A DNA stretch of 64,000 nucleotides from Eledone cirrhosa (GCA_964016885.1 OZ024745.1:25916001-25980000), one strand, 5' to 3'. Positions 27,413 to 40,946 are shown, counted from the stretch's first letter. Numbers and translations are program-made. Notes: generated by a model from the letters alone, not told the origin.

Positions 27413-28983
27413 ACCCGCCAATCTCCTCAGAGTCGAACAACGAACCATCTTCATCTTACAGACCAACACTCCCCCCGGCCTGAACTCCCCACCCTTATTC
27501 CTTTAGCCTTCGATCGCCCCCCTCCCCCTACAGATATCCCCCACTAACACCACTAACACACCCCTCCTTTTCACCGCCCACCCCACAACTAACAATACTA
27601 ACACTTCCACTCCACCCCACATCCGACCACCCTTCCCCAACTAACATACTAACATCCCTCCCTTCTTCCCCCCTCCTTATCACACGTACACACCCACCGG
27701 CACATACATACACGCGTTCACACTAAATACACACCCTACTACCACCACTAACCCTCACCCCCACACATCCACCCCACCACCCCGCAACTAACATCACTAA
27801 CACCCCCAACCCCACGCACACGTACACACACACCCTCTTACACCACCAACTTTACACACCCTACCACCACTGACCCCCACTCACACCCGCATTCAACCCT
27901 TTCTCCACCTCCTGTATACTAACACCCACTAACACCCCCTTCATCAAACTACACACACACCAGTACACCACACTCCCTCCATCGACCCCCACACCCTTCT
28001 CTCCCCTCTCCACCCACACCCTTTCTCAAACACTCACTCATCCCACTAACACCTCTACTAATACACACACACCCCCTCCGCACTCCAACTTTCACACCTA
28101 CCCATCCTCGCCCGTTTACCATTCCACCCTACTGCTGCTATGCCCTCTGACCACCTCCCAGCACACACAGACACACAGCACTCCTACTGCCTTGACCACT
28201 TCCTGTTGTGCGCGCACCCCACATCTCCCCTCTTCCGACCAATCTCTTCACGGATTAATCGTATGTGGACCTTGACCCCGGAATCAACTACCATCCTAGG
28301 ATTTTACTAACCATTCCACCACATCTTCTTACGGAATCACCTTTATGACTCACCCACACACACAGCCCCAACATTTTTTTTCCCACACGCCACCTACACC
28401 CACAACACGCTTAAACACCACACACACACGTGCGCTCCACCACATATTTACACATTCAGCCTCCGGATTCCTCTCCCCCCACCCTCTATCCACACACGCA
28501 CACACACTCCGACCTACACCCCACCCATACACACCTCTTCCTGAACATGCAACCCCGTTCTTCCCCCAACCCTTGCTTTCACATACACACACACACACAC
28601 ACACACACGTACACCTACACACACACACACCACCTTCAGCCCTCCCCGCTCGGACACCCAGTCTCCCTCTCCCCACTCCACCCGCCACCACCCCTACACG
28701 CCCCACACTCTTCCACCACCTGTTTTACCCCATTTTAATTTTATTTTGATCATGCTTTTATTTTTAATTTCATTCGCACCGTTTCCTCCCACCCCCTTTT
28801 TGCTATATGTCTCTCCACCACTCCCCTACACACCCGTTGAACTCTCTTCCCACACTCTTTTCACCTGAAGAAGGGCTTATGCCCGAAACGTCGCTCCCCA
28901 CCACCACCCCACTCTCAAGAGCGTGAAATTAATAAACATTCGTTGTACTGCCTCTCTGTTTTGTTCCTGTTCAAATTTTCCAT
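27413..28983 (+). mobile_element. 5'-truncated Penelope-like (Neptune-type) element: GIY-YIG C-terminus, long C/A-rich 3'UTR, HHR motif, AATAAA
   Basis: 27414-27506 encodes PANLLRVEQRTIFILQTNTPPGLN (E..I..L.T..P.GLN end of PLE GIY-YIG); CTGAAGA-A-GGGCttatGCCC-GAAACGTC at 28865-28892; (TA)n on both sides. Confidence 0.8.
28859..28927 (+). ncRNA. Minimal hammerhead-like motif of the Neptune-type element
   Basis: Core and stem II are intact; the stem I partner GTGAAA is displaced by a GCTC..GAGC hairpin. Confidence 0.55.
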
Positions 28984-29042
<59 letters not shown>

Positions 29043-29073
29043 GTATATATATATACATATATATATATATATG

Positions 29074-29104
<31 letters not shown>

Positions 29105-29133
29105 GTATATATATGTAAATATATATATATATG

Positions 29134-29176
<43 letters not shown>

Positions 29177-29241
29177 GTATATATATATATATATATGTTT
29201 ATATATGTATATATATGTTTATATATGTATATATATGTATA

Positions 29242-29335
<94 letters not shown>

Positions 29336-29675
29336 AGAATTGGCGCTCTGAAATAACTATATATATATATGAATGTATATATAGTGTATTTTGCAATACA
29401 GCATATGCTTAATTAAAAGCATTTCGAAGACCTTATGCTATTGTTTTAGAGTAGTGACAGACTCACTTACTTTAAATTTTCACCAAACAGGGGAGATAAA
29501 GCTGACAGAGCTATGTTTCGTACTGATTGGTACTTATCAAAGCCAAGTACTCCACCTGTTTGCTGAAAATCATGAATGTTTGATTCTTATAGAATTTCTA
29601 GTAATAATCAGTAACTGATTATATATGTATATATATATATATATATATATGTATATGTATACGTATATGTATACG

Positions 29676-29806
<131 letters not shown>

Positions 29807-29817
29807 GTATGTATATA

Positions 29818-29908
<91 letters not shown>

Positions 29909-29913
29909 GTATG

Positions 29914-29972
<59 letters not shown>

Positions 29973-30057
29973 AAGGACGTGTTTTTACTTCTCTCCCCGA
30001 GTAAGCAGCAAGTCACACAGCCACAAAACAAAACCACAAGACAAAACCAAACAAACA

Positions 30058-30161
30058 AAAATTGACCGGTTAATACATTTTCATACATCTATATTATTAT
30101 ATATTTGAAAATTGACCGGTTAATACATTTTTCATACATCTATATTATTATATATTTGAAA
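30058..30161 (+). repeat. ~50-bp tandem duplication in the LINE 5'UTR
   Basis: AAAATTGACCGGTTAATACATTTT(T)CATACATCTATATTATTATATATTTGAAA occurs twice. Confidence 0.9.
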
Positions 30162-30261
30162 CCACGTGTTTTCGAACTTGTGAGTACATTTTCCTTTAAC
30201 TACAAATTATTATTATATACTTTCGTCTTTTCATTAACTTAATTAATTTCAAATAACCAGA

Positions 30262-30294
<33 letters not shown>

Positions 30295-30428
30295 CATATT
30301 TATATATATACGCTTCTCACTCACACACAAGAAAAACAAAAAACAAAAATAAATCAAAAATAAATTTAAAAAAAAAATATATATATATTGAAATACTTAA
30401 CTAAAACACACACACACTCAAAACTAGA

Positions 30429-31604
30429 ATGGCTAACCAGCAAAAATCCAAACAGAACTGGTCTGATAATGAAATCGACATTCTAATAAACACATGGCAT
30501 TGCCTTTCCCAAACAGAAAATATAGATGCTTCATCTCTGAACGACATTGCTAAACGTACAGTTCAATTTTTGAAAACTCGATCTGAACAACAGATTCAAA
30601 ATAAATTAAAGCAAATCGAAATTGCTTTTAAATTAATCAATAAACATTTGGATAAACTACGGTGTGTTTTCTCTTCGAATGCTGTCCAGCAGCAGCAACA
30701 ACAACAACAGCAGCTACAACAGCAACAACAACAACAGCTACAACAACAACATCAACAACAGCTACAACAACAACATCAACAACAGCAACAACAACAACAA
30801 CGACAACAACAGTGTGAACCACTCCTTGATTCATCAACAATGGCCGATCTACTAAATGAAACTATTGACCCCCCAGTAGCCTCTGTCTCACAGCATGAAA
30901 CGCCACATCCTTTCTCTGGCCCAGCAGTCCAATCATCACCACTGCCAACATCTCTGCCTACTACTACTACTACTACTACAACATTTTTGTCTACTGCTAT
31001 GTCAAGGAATTTACCTTCTAATACCAGAACAAGAACTCTCCCTCCCACAGTCCACAAAGGTCGTCAAATCCTACCCAAACCATCATCTACACCTCTCACA
31101 ACACCCACACCCACATACCCACCCACTCGAAACCCCATCATTTGCCGCTACTCTCTACGCTATAGAATATGTACGGATAGTGGCTGCAAATTCACCCATT
31201 TACCTAGGACAAAACGATCTATCCCCACAAACAGCCACCACCATAATACATACTCTAATTTAACACCAACACAACCACCAATAACTCAAACAAGGAATCC
31301 ACAAATCTGCCGTTTTTCCCTGCGAGACAGATTGTGTTTAGACCGGGATTGTCCCTTTACCCATCTCCCGGGGACCCGTCGGATAAATGAAAATAAAATT
31401 AAAAATAAAAGCAAAAACAAAAACCATAACCTACATAAAAATAACCACTACCACAGTCACCAACAGTCTTCTAAACAGGAAACTTCTTCCTCTTTTTTAG
31501 CCATAATGAATCTGGCAAAAGAACTGGAAAAAAACATTCGAGCTATCACCCAGCACCACCCTCCACTATCACCCCACTGCACAAACTCCCATTGCTGCCA
31601 TTAA
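30429..31604 (+). CDS. LINE ORF1: Myb/SANT-like N-terminus, polyQ, P/T-rich linker, two CCCH zinc fingers
   Basis: 391 aa with ATG start; NWSDNEIDILINTW...RSEQQIQNKLKQI; CRYSLRYRICTDSGCKFTH and CRFSLRDRLCLDRDCPFTH (C-x8-C-x4-C-x3-H). Confidence 0.85.
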   Translation: MANQQKSKQNWSDNEIDILINTWHCLSQTENIDASSLNDIAKRTVQFLKTRSEQQIQNKLKQIEIAFKLINKHLDKLRCVFSSNAVQQQQQQQQQLQQQQQQQLQQQHQQQLQQQHQQQQQQQQRQQQCEPLLDSSTMADLLNETIDPPVASVSQHETPHPFSGPAVQSSPLPTSLPTTTTTTTTFLSTAMSRNLPSNTRTRTLPPTVHKGRQILPKPSSTPLTTPTPTYPPTRNPIICRYSLRYRICTDSGCKFTHLPRTKRSIPTNSHHHNTYSNLTPTQPPITQTRNPQICRFSLRDRLCLDRDCPFTHLPGTRRINENKIKNKSKNKNHNLHKNNHYHSHQQSSKQETSSSFLAIMNLAKELEKNIRAITQHHPPLSPHCTNSHCCH

Positions 31605-34600
31605 CAAACAAACAAATTAACAACACACCAAAACAATTAAAACCATCCACTCTCGCCTCTACATTTTTGCTTAACGCCCAAGGCATCAGCCCTTCCACCA
31701 ATACTCAAAAATGGAAGATCAAATTCCTGGAGGACTGGATTGATGTCCATCCAAACCACATCCCTTTCTTCGTCCTCACTGAAACCCATCTCAGTAACCT
31801 CCACTTGGAAGCCGAGGTGAAAGTGAAAAATTTCAAAGCCATCCGTGCTGATCGCGCTGGCAGAAGAAAGGGCGGAACTGCCATTTATGTCCATAATTCT
31901 TTCTCAACAGAGGCTATGAACATATTCACTAATGGATACTGTGAGGCAGTCACTGTATTCAGTCAAACCAACAACCTATTAGTAGTTGGGCTCTATAGGC
32001 CACCCCAAACGCCTGTACCATGCTTCAAGGAATGCCTCAACAGCATAAAGTGTTTCATCCAAGAGTGTCACCCTGACAACATCTTAATGATGGGGGACTT
32101 CAACCTCCCCGGAGTTGACTGGTCCACAAACACCCTGCCACCAGGTTCTTCTGCCTCAACCTCTGACAGGGAAGCTGTGGAATCGCTTCTTGACTTCATG
32201 GATGATTTCTTCCTATCCCAACTAGTGCTCGAACCAACGAGGTGCCACAAAAACGTCCTAGACTTAATTTTCAGCAATCACACTGACAATATCCACAATA
32301 TTGCAGTGGAGAAAACTCTACTCTCTGATCATGACATGGTTCTCTGTGATCTGAGATTCCACCGTCCAATATACAAACCCAATGTCATTTCTCCTGTCCA
32401 TCCGTTTGACGCTATGGATTTCCACAATGCAAACTGGGAAGCGATCAGTCATGATCTTGCACATGTCGACTGGTCCTTCACGCACACTCATACACCCACT
32501 AACATCAAAAAGTCCTGGCAGACATTTGTGGACACTGTTACAAACATATGTGCTAAACACACCCCATTAAGAACTATAAACAAATCTAAGAGCAGAATCC
32601 CTAGAAATAGAAAAACGCTCATCAGAAAAATTAAGAGAACGAACAAAAAAATCAACAATCTGAAATACTGTCAGCAGCAACACATCAACTTGACTGCCAT
32701 TTCATCACTAGAGATTAAAAAACATAACCTCCAAAACAACATAATGTCCCTCATCAACAATCAGAGAAGAGCTGAAGAGGCCTGGGCCATTGAGAAGATC
32801 AAACTCAATCCCAAAGTGTTCTTTTCATTTGCAAAAAAACACAAAATCACTGGCTCTACTGTTGGCCCTCTAATTGATGAAAATGGCACTCTTCAAGGCA
32901 ATGCTAAAACCATGGGTGAGATACTGCAGAAACAATACTGCTCTGTTTTCAGCAATCCTGATATGGCCGATCTGGGCTGTATCGGCGATGTTACTCCCCA
33001 TTACACCTTATCGGACATAACGTTTGGCGCCCCTGATGTCTTGGCGGCAATAAAGGAAATCAAGCATAATTCAGCAGTAGGTCCCGATAGGTTCCCTGCT
33101 TGTGTCTTGAAGGCGTGTCAACACCAACTTGCTTCTCCTCTTGCCAATCTGTGGCGGAACTCACTGGATGCTGGATATGTGCCAGAAAACCTTCTATCCC
33201 AGTCTGTTGTCCCAGTTTTCAAAAAGGGAAACAAATCCCTTGCCGTGAATTACCGTCCAATCTCACTCACCTCTCATATCATTAAGGTATTTGAGCGAGT
33301 GGTGAGATCGCGAATGACCCACTTCCTTGAGAGTAACAATATGCTGAACTCCAACCAGCATGGATTCCGTAATGGAAGGGATTGCCTGACGCAACTACTG
33401 CATCACTTTGATGACATTTTGAGAGCCTTGGGAGAGGGTTCCAACACTGATGTTATCTACCTTGATTTCAGCAAGGCCTTTGACAGGGTTGATCATAACA
33501 TTCTACTGAGAAAGCTGTCCAATATTGGTGTCACTGGAAAGCTGCTGCAGTGGATCAAGAGCTTCCTGTCAAACAGAACCCAACATGTTGTAGTTGAGGG
33601 AGTCAAATCAAGCCCAGCCAAAGTCAGTAGTGGAGTCCCACAAGGCACTGTGTTGGGCCCACTTCTCTTCATCATCTATATTAATGACATCACTGACATC
33701 ATCAAACACAGCAACATTAAAATTTTCGCTGATGATTCCAAGCTCCAAAAGGTCATCAATGGCGTGGATGACCGGATAAGCCTTCAGTCAGACCTACTGG
33801 CTGTTACCCAATGGGCAGAAAAGAACAACATGTTACTGAACGAAGACAAATTCGAACTGATCCACTTTGGAAAAGAGGATGCTCTGAAACTCCCGTACTC
33901 CCTTCCCTCCGGGGAAACTCTCGTGGCATCTAACAACATCAGAGACTTGGGAGTAACCGTGGACAGCAACATAAGCTGGACCACGCATATAAGCAGCAAA
34001 GTTGACATGGCCCGCAGAATGTGTTCCTGGATCCTCAGAACCTTCCAGTCGAGAGATTCCCGCACCATTATCCTTCTCTTCTCTACTTTCGCCCGACCAC
34101 ACCTTGAATACTGTTGTCCACTGTGGTCTCCCCACACGAAACAAAGTATCATGAAACTTGAAGCTCCTCAAAGGGCAATCACGAAAAAGATAGATGGCAT
34201 GTCAGACCTTGACTACTGGGGTCGATTGGAAAACCTGAAACTTTACTCACTCCAACGTCGCTGTGAGCGTTATATTATCTGCATGATGTGGAAAATGTTC
34301 CATCATCACTGCCCAAATGATGTTGGCATCGCCTTCAAGATACACCCAAGGCTTGGGCCCCGTGCTATCCGTCCCATTCAAAAATCTAAATCGCAACTCA
34401 TAACAACAATACGGCACAATTATTTCACCTCAATCGGCCCTGCTCTCTTCAACATCACACCAGGACACGTCAAAACAGAAACTGACCACACAAAATTCAA
34501 GAAGTCTTTGGACAAATTCCTCCAAGTAATCCCGGACAAACCACCCACACCCGGATATGTCTCCGCAAACAGTAATTCTCTTCTCGAATGGGCCATGGTG

Positions 34601-34612
34601 CCCAAATCCTGA
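31592..34612 (+). CDS. LINE ORF2: APE endonuclease plus reverse transcriptase (frame open from 31475)
   Basis: NAQG, TETHL, GLYRPP, MGDFN, LDLIF, SDH; [49 protein letters not shown]; no stops in 1006 aa. Confidence 0.96.
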   Translation: MLPLTNKQINNTPKQLKPSTLASTFLLNAQGISPSTNTQKWKIKFLEDWIDVHPNHIPFFVLTETHLSNLHLEAEVKVKNFKAIRADRAGRRKGGTAIYVHNSFSTEAMNIFTNGYCEAVTVFSQTNNLLVVGLYRPPQTPVPCFKECLNSIKCFIQECHPDNILMMGDFNLPGVDWSTNTLPPGSSASTSDREAVESLLDFMDDFFLSQLVLEPTRCHKNVLDLIFSNHTDNIHNIAVEKTLLSDHDMVLCDLRFHRPIYKPNVISPVHPFDAMDFHNANWEAISHDLAHVDWSFTHTHTPTNIKKSWQTFVDTVTNICAKHTPLRTINKSKSRIPRNRKTLIRKIKRTNKKINNLKYCQQQHINLTAISSLEIKKHNLQNNIMSLINNQRRAEEAWAIEKIKLNPKVFFSFAKKHKITGSTVGPLIDENGTLQGNAKTMGEILQKQYCSVFSNPDMADLGCIGDVTPHYTLSDITFGAPDVLAAIKEIKHNSAVGPDRFPACVLKACQHQLASPLANLWRNSLDAGYVPENLLSQSVVPVFKKGNKSLAVNYRPISLTSHIIKVFERVVRSRMTHFLESNNMLNSNQHGFRNGRDCLTQLLHHFDDILRALGEGSNTDVIYLDFSKAFDRVDHNILLRKLSNIGVTGKLLQWIKSFLSNRTQHVVVEGVKSSPAKVSSGVPQGTVLGPLLFIIYINDITDIIKHSNIKIFADDSKLQKVINGVDDRISLQSDLLAVTQWAEKNNMLLNEDKFELIHFGKEDALKLPYSLPSGETLVASNNIRDLGVTVDSNISWTTHISSKVDMARRMCSWILRTFQSRDSRTIILLFSTFARPHLEYCCPLWSPHTKQSIMKLEAPQRAITKKIDGMSDLDYWGRLENLKLYSLQRRCERYIICMMWKMFHHHCPNDVGIAFKIHPRLGPRAIRPIQKSKSQLITTIRHNYFTSIGPALFNITPGHVKTETDHTKFKKSLDKFLQVIPDKPPTPGYVSANSNSLLEWAMVPKS

Positions 34613-34696
34613 ATTGAAAGACTTCGCCAGGTGGTGCTATTAAGTTAGACATGGCCTGGGCCAATACTGGCCAAAACATTTCAAAGTTATTCAAAG

Positions 34697-34836
<140 letters not shown>

Positions 34837-35574
34837 ATATATATATGTATATATATATATATGTATATATATATGTATATATATATGTATATATATATGT
34901 ATATATATATATATATATATGTGTATATATATGTATGTATATATATATATACATATATATATAATCTGAGTTTTTCGAATATCAATACTAATATTCGATT
35001 CGTTTGCAATTATATATATTGTTAATTTTTCATTCCTTCTAAACACATTTCCCCAGATCATCAGTTACATCATTTGCATCATTGATAATCTTCTTCTAAA
35101 AAACAAAAAAACAAAAACAAGAAAAAGAAAACTCTTCTTTTCGTTAATCGCTCTTCTATATAGGTATGGCTGAGTGGCGAAGAAGGTCGATTTGCAATAC
35201 GATGTACCGTGTTCGGTTACCTCCTGTAGAATCTTGGGCATGTGTCATTTCTGGATCGACTCAAAATGTTGGTGAAAATGATTAGACGGAAACTGTGAGG
35301 AAGCCTATCACATTGACTGTACCATAAATTTAAAAGTCAAACCTTATCAAACTGTGTCACGTCGACTGGGCTTTAAATTTATATTAAGGTGTGTAGTAAT
35401 AATCTGCCCATTTGTGCCCTAATAAGTAGGTCGATCAGATGACCGAATAACTAGACGCTCAAACGTCATTCAACGGGGATTGGTCCTTCATACATTATTT
35501 GTTATTTTAGAATCATTGATGTTAATGGTAGATTTATGTCAACCAGACGAAACCTTATATATACACACACACAC

Positions 35575-35610
<36 letters not shown>

Positions 35611-36434
35611 GTGTGTGTATATATATATATATATACAGTATATGTATGTATGCATGTATGTATGTATGTATGTATGTATGTATGTATGTATGTATGTATG
35701 TATGTATGTATGTATGTATGTATGTATGTATATATATATATACATTAAGGTGAAACAATTGTTCTCGGTAAGCTGAAATAACTGTTGTTTTACCACTTCT
35801 ACCTAACTCGTCCCATGGACTGAGTGCTCTACTACTACGCATATTACCTTCCAGTGTTCTACCCCCTCTCTCTCTATCTCTATCTCTATCTCTCTATACA
35901 CATATATATATATATAAATACATTATCGGAGGAAGCTTTTAGCGATACTCCGGCCAAATCCCAACTGACTCAGCAAAAAATGCATATAGGGATACATGTA
36001 TTATCCAACCGTATGCCAATGTGGTTCTATGGCAGGTTAATAAATTAACGAGCCAGAACATATAAAATCAAGGTTTAGCAAATAGAGAAAAAGTTTTAAA
36101 ATAAATTTTAAAAACTTCACTGTACTTACTATATTTCCCCTTACCGCGCGGTTTCAAAATAAATGGATAATCCATGCAGACCACCATTGAGAAGGAGACT
36201 CTCGTCAGAGGGTTCTTCGCACTCGGAGAATATAAAATTCCCGAGTTCAAATCAAGAACTGGCGCCATACAGAACTGTTACCGGATGAGAGTGTATGATA
36301 GGGAAACAATTTTGTCTAGTGCCGGGTGTAAAGATAGAAGGCAAGGGCGGAAAGGTAAATGTCCTGCCACTAGAAATAGCAGCAGTTAAAACGACCAAAA
36401 TGTTATCTCGACCTTAGGGGAGATTAATAATAAT

Positions 36435-36514
36435 TGTTTCTACTTTTGGCACAAGCCCAGCAATTATCGCAGTATATTACTGGTACTTTATTTTATCGAC
36501 CCCGTAAGGATGAA
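36435..36514 (-). mobile_element. 5'-truncated SINE family B with a 19-bp target-site duplication
   Basis: AGGGGAGATTAATAATAAT at 36416-36434 and 36515-36533. Confidence 0.85.
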
Positions 36515-36738
36515 AGGGGAGATTAATAATAATATAGTATGTTTTCCTACGTGCAAAAAATGCATATAGGGAGGACATCTATTGGCAGGACATTGACCTT
36601 TCCGCCCTTGCCTTCTATCTTTACACACGGCACTAGACAAGATTGTTTCTTTATCATCCACTCTCATCCGGGAACAGTTCAGTATGGCGCCAGTTCGTGA
36701 TTTGAACTGGTCAATTTTATATTCTCCGAGCGAGAAGA

Positions 36739-36822
36739 ACCCTCTGACGAGAGTCTCCTTCTCAATGGTGTTCCGCATGGATTATCCATTTATTTTCAGA
36801 CTTGAAACCGCGCGGTAAGGGT
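36739..36822 (+). ncRNA. Type I hammerhead ribozyme with canonical core, long stem II loop and palindromic stem III
   Basis: ACCCT-CTGACGA-GAGTCT..41 nt..AGACTT-GAAA-CCGCGCGG-TA|AGGGT; predicted cleavage after GUA at 36817. Confidence 0.85.
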
Positions 36823-36893
36823 AAATATAGTAAGTACAGTGAACTTTTTAAAATTTATTTTAAAACGTGTTCTCTATTTAGTAAACCTTGATT

Positions 36894-36935
<42 letters not shown>

Positions 36936-36938
<3 letters not shown>

Positions 36939-37391
36939 AAAGTTCTATTTAAATTGTTGGGATACAACAAGCAATTCTTTTTATAACTGATATAAAGCAC
37001 TCGACAAATATTTGGAGTAAAAATACGATATTAACAAATGGAAACTATATTTATAAAACCATATTTATTTCATTATACATATTTCAAGGACACCAAGTTA
37101 AATTATGGTGTGCTTTCATCAGATAAAATATAATATAAATCAGTTTTATAAATAAATATTGACATACCCTTAAAGGATGCAACCATTACTGTTGGAAGCT
37201 CCCGGATAGTTCCCGGGAGCTTCCAACAGTAATGGTTGCATTCTTTAAGGGTATGTCAATATTTATTTATAAAACTGATCTATATTATATTTTGTCTGAT
37301 GAAAGCACACCATAATTTAACTTGGTGTCCTTGAAATATGTATAATGAAATAAATATGGTTTTATAAATATAGTTTCCATTTGTTAATATC

Positions 37392-37394
<3 letters not shown>
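36936..37394 (-). mobile_element. Fold-back PLE-type element (family H1), arms ~182 bp, 7-nt loop, between (TA)n tracts
   Basis: 37023-37205 is the reverse complement of 37213-37394; homologous to the 51447 and 55678 elements. Confidence 0.85.
37288..37352 (+). ncRNA. Minimal type I hammerhead (mirror copy at 37066-37130, minus strand)
   Basis: TATTTTGT-CTGATGA-AAGCACACCA..TGGTGTCCTT-GAAA-TATGTA-TA-ATGAAATA. Confidence 0.8.
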
Positions 37395-37463
<69 letters not shown>

Positions 37464-38315
37464 TGAAACTCATACTAGTTCCGTCAACTTATTATTTTCT
37501 CCCAACTAGCAGATTAATAATGAGAATCAGTTGAACAATATTTCACATTTTTTTTATTGTTTTGTTTAATATACGCTCTAATACCTGTTCTATCTTTCTC
37601 TCTCACTCACCTATTGAACCATACAATTTGTGAAATTGACCGGTATACGTACGTGGTTGTTCAAAATATCTAAAATTCGAACTCTAGTGCACTAACTCTA
37701 TATCGCTGTCTACTCGCCTGTTGACATTTAATTTAGGCACTACCATTGTTACTGTCGCACTATTTCTTGCCACGCGACTTAGAGATTGGAGCCGAATGTT
37801 GCAGCGATTTGAGACTGAATTTTTCTAATAATCGATCTTTCACTCGCTTGTTAATTTGTGATTGAGATACGTTGGATGAGTGCTTATGGCGGGAGAGGGA
37901 CTATTTGAATTTCGTTTCCTGCCATCACATAAATTTCTGACCAATCAGTAGACAGCATTGGGATGACGCGTAGAGATTTCAGTTGCTAGTGTTTTATTGT
38001 GTTGGGGGGTTTACTTAACATTACCTATTGAGTACGCTGAGATGCAACCGGTACTAGCAGTGAAACCCAGGCTAGTTCCCTCAACTTATTGTATACATAT
38101 ATGTATCCTTATCGAGCCCTCTTTGGATTTTAGTCTTCAAATTTATTATTATTACTATATATATATATGTATATACATGCATACATGCATATATGTATAT
38201 ATGTACACATGTACATATTTCCATATATCTATACATATAAATATATATGAGACCGTGGAAAGACCATTAATCAAAGTAGCACTCGACGCATAATGGGATG
38301 CAAAGTTGGTATATT

Positions 38316-38406
38316 GAGGAAGAAAATATTCTTTCCTGAAGACGCCCGTCTGAGTGAAATCATGAGCAAAAGCCATAGAACTTCATGATCGAATTATTTC
38401 CTCTTC
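38316..38406 (+). ncRNA. Type I hammerhead motif with a full stem III in a ~165 bp insert between TA-rich tracts
   Basis: TTC-CTGAAGA(38336)-C-GCCCgtctGAGT-GAAA(38356)-TCATGAG..TTCATGA-TC|GAA; stem II has one mismatch. Confidence 0.65.
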
Positions 38407-38529
<123 letters not shown>

Positions 38530-39079
38530 AGTGTGTTTTTCTCTATATATTTGTGGGTGACTGAGGCAGATAATGCATACGTAAGTGTTGTTTGAGTGGG
38601 CGTTTATATGTTGTTATGTATGCTATGTGTTTCCTTCCAATATTTAGCATATAAACACAGTTCAACCCGATAGGGATCTAAAGTTTCTGCACGTTATCAA
38701 AAACTCTTACAGACGATGTTTTTTTAAGCGATAAAATGGTGGCAGATAAGATTGTACAGAGTGAGATGTGGACACACCGATATATGTGAATTGATGCGAG
38801 AGTTAAAGTATAATTTACATGTACATACACACACACTCACATATAGCCACATAGGCGTGTACAGACACACGTACGTACAGATACACACACCTAAACACCA
38901 CCCCCACACACATATATACACATGTACATGCATTCCTATACGTATGTATATATGTATGTATATATATATATATATATATATCTCTAGATACACATAAATC
39001 TTTATATGCATGGTGTATAAAACACACACTCAGAGACACATAAGCACACATACACCACACACACATATATGCATATATA

Positions 39080-39132
<53 letters not shown>

Positions 39133-39279
39133 ATAGTTCAAGAATAAACAAGACAGTCACAGATGCAAAAACATATATATATATATATATACATATATAT
39201 ACCTATATACATATGTAGGCACACATACATTTTTACACGTATTAATTAAACTGGCTGTTTTCGCCTCTATTCTTCTATC

Positions 39280-39280
39280 A

Positions 39281-39349
<69 letters not shown>

Positions 39350-39375
39350 AAATAAAGAAACATATCTATCTATCT
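39280..39375. repeat. (TATC)n array containing a ~14-nt Tx1 3'-end remnant
   Basis: AATAAAGAAACATATCTATC matches the termini at ~46162 and ~49198. Confidence 0.7.
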
Positions 39376-39487
39376 AAATTCGAATCGGATCGGTGCTACA
39401 CGTGTGTATGTGTTCGTATATAATTCAATTTAAATGTGTTATGTTTGCATTTGTACACACACCCACAAACACCCACAATCACACCCT

Positions 39488-39608
<121 letters not shown>

Positions 39609-39931
39609 TCAAAACAGGGAGCGCACGGGACAAAGAGAATTATATAAATTTTTTAATATAGTTCTATTTGAACCCTACGCTTAGCTTGGTGTATAATCGG
39701 ACCGTTGCAGTTAAGACAGGATTGTTTATCTTGCATGCAATAATCGTAATTCAATACATCAAGGATATCCATTTATCACAGTTGATAAGATCGTTGTTAT
39801 TGTTATTGTTGCTCTTGAAGTTTAACCTCAGCTGAAATCTGAGTGAACAGGTCTATAATTAAAGGAACCCATTTATAACTCTTCTGGATTTTATTCAGCC
39901 ACTGTTTGATTTGAGGAAGATTTGGCTCATA

Positions 39932-40139
39932 TACGTGGGTCGGCTGAAACATCCACAGCCTGACTATGAAGGATTGATGCTAGAGCTGTGAAATCTTGCA
40001 TGCATTACTTTTAACTCTTATTAATAATTGTATTGTTTCTTTCCAAGGACTCCAAAAATAAACCTCATTTGGTTATTCCATGAGAGAATCTTGGTCATGA
40101 ACCTTTTAGCCTATGAACATTTCAACCGACCCTCGGATA
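39932..40139. mobile_element. mariner-type MITE, copy 2
   Basis: TACGTGGGTCGGCTGAAA / TTTCAACCGACCCTCGGA ends; inverted homologue of 17902-18114. Confidence 0.7.
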
Positions 40140-40847
40140 TAGGGAGCCGTTAGAACTACAGTAGCTATATAGAGATGCAGTGTCTTAATTATTTGATATC
40201 AGCACCTTTGTATAAGTATATAAAGATCCATTTCGACCATAGCTGATCATGGTTTTGCAGTAATTTAACGGGAGGGGAAGGTCACTATCAATGGAGACTC
40301 TCCCCTCCCCCTTTTTGAATATAGGAAACTTGAAAATATAAGAGGCTCTTGTGTTTAAAAAATAAAGATCACCATCAACAACAGATACGAGATAGACGAC
40401 GCTAATTGGTTAAAATAATCGACTAATTTGCGAATGTAACACCCTCCCTCATATTTACTCTACATATCTAGGCATGTTACAACTAATATCAAACTTATTT
40501 TTCTTTAATAAAGACTTTTTAAAGAGGAAATATCAAAATATAAGATAAAAGTGTTTACCTTTGTTTGTTAATTTTGTTTTCATTCTTTTATCTCTAACTT
40601 CTTTTCTTGTAGTTTTCTTACTCCCTTTAAATAAACTGTTCTACTCTAATGCATACACATACATACTAATACTCTCTCACACACGCAAGCACGCTTACAC
40701 GCACACAAACATAAACATACATAACTTCTCCCCCGACAAAACATACAAGTACACACAGTGTCTTTTTTTGGCAGAAAATAAAGTAAACTTCTTCAGAACA
40801 TCTTCAAAGCTATAGTTTCACTTTTATTGATAAACTTTTTAGGAAAG

Positions 40848-40915
<68 letters not shown>

Positions 40916-40946
40916 TAGAGAGATAGAGAGAGAGAGATAGTGATAG

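Larger units (their letters stand above)
36066..36893. mobile_element. Fold-back PLE-type element, arms ~310 bp (36066-36375 / 36577-36893)
   Basis: Arms are diverged reverse complements (paired ORFs 36174+ and 36778-); followed by (TA)n; HHR in the arms. Confidence 0.8.

Noticed and set aside
36174-36778. Pair of similar small ORFs (MQTTIEKETLVRGFF / MRNTIEKETLVRGFF)
   Set aside because: They are the two arms of an inverted repeat, read antisense to the hammerhead
37700-37975. Promoter-like CCAATCA and TGACG motifs with a 10-bp inverted repeat GCTGTCTACT/AGTAGACAGC
   Set aside because: Short motifs with no linked gene; could be chance or a transposon remnant
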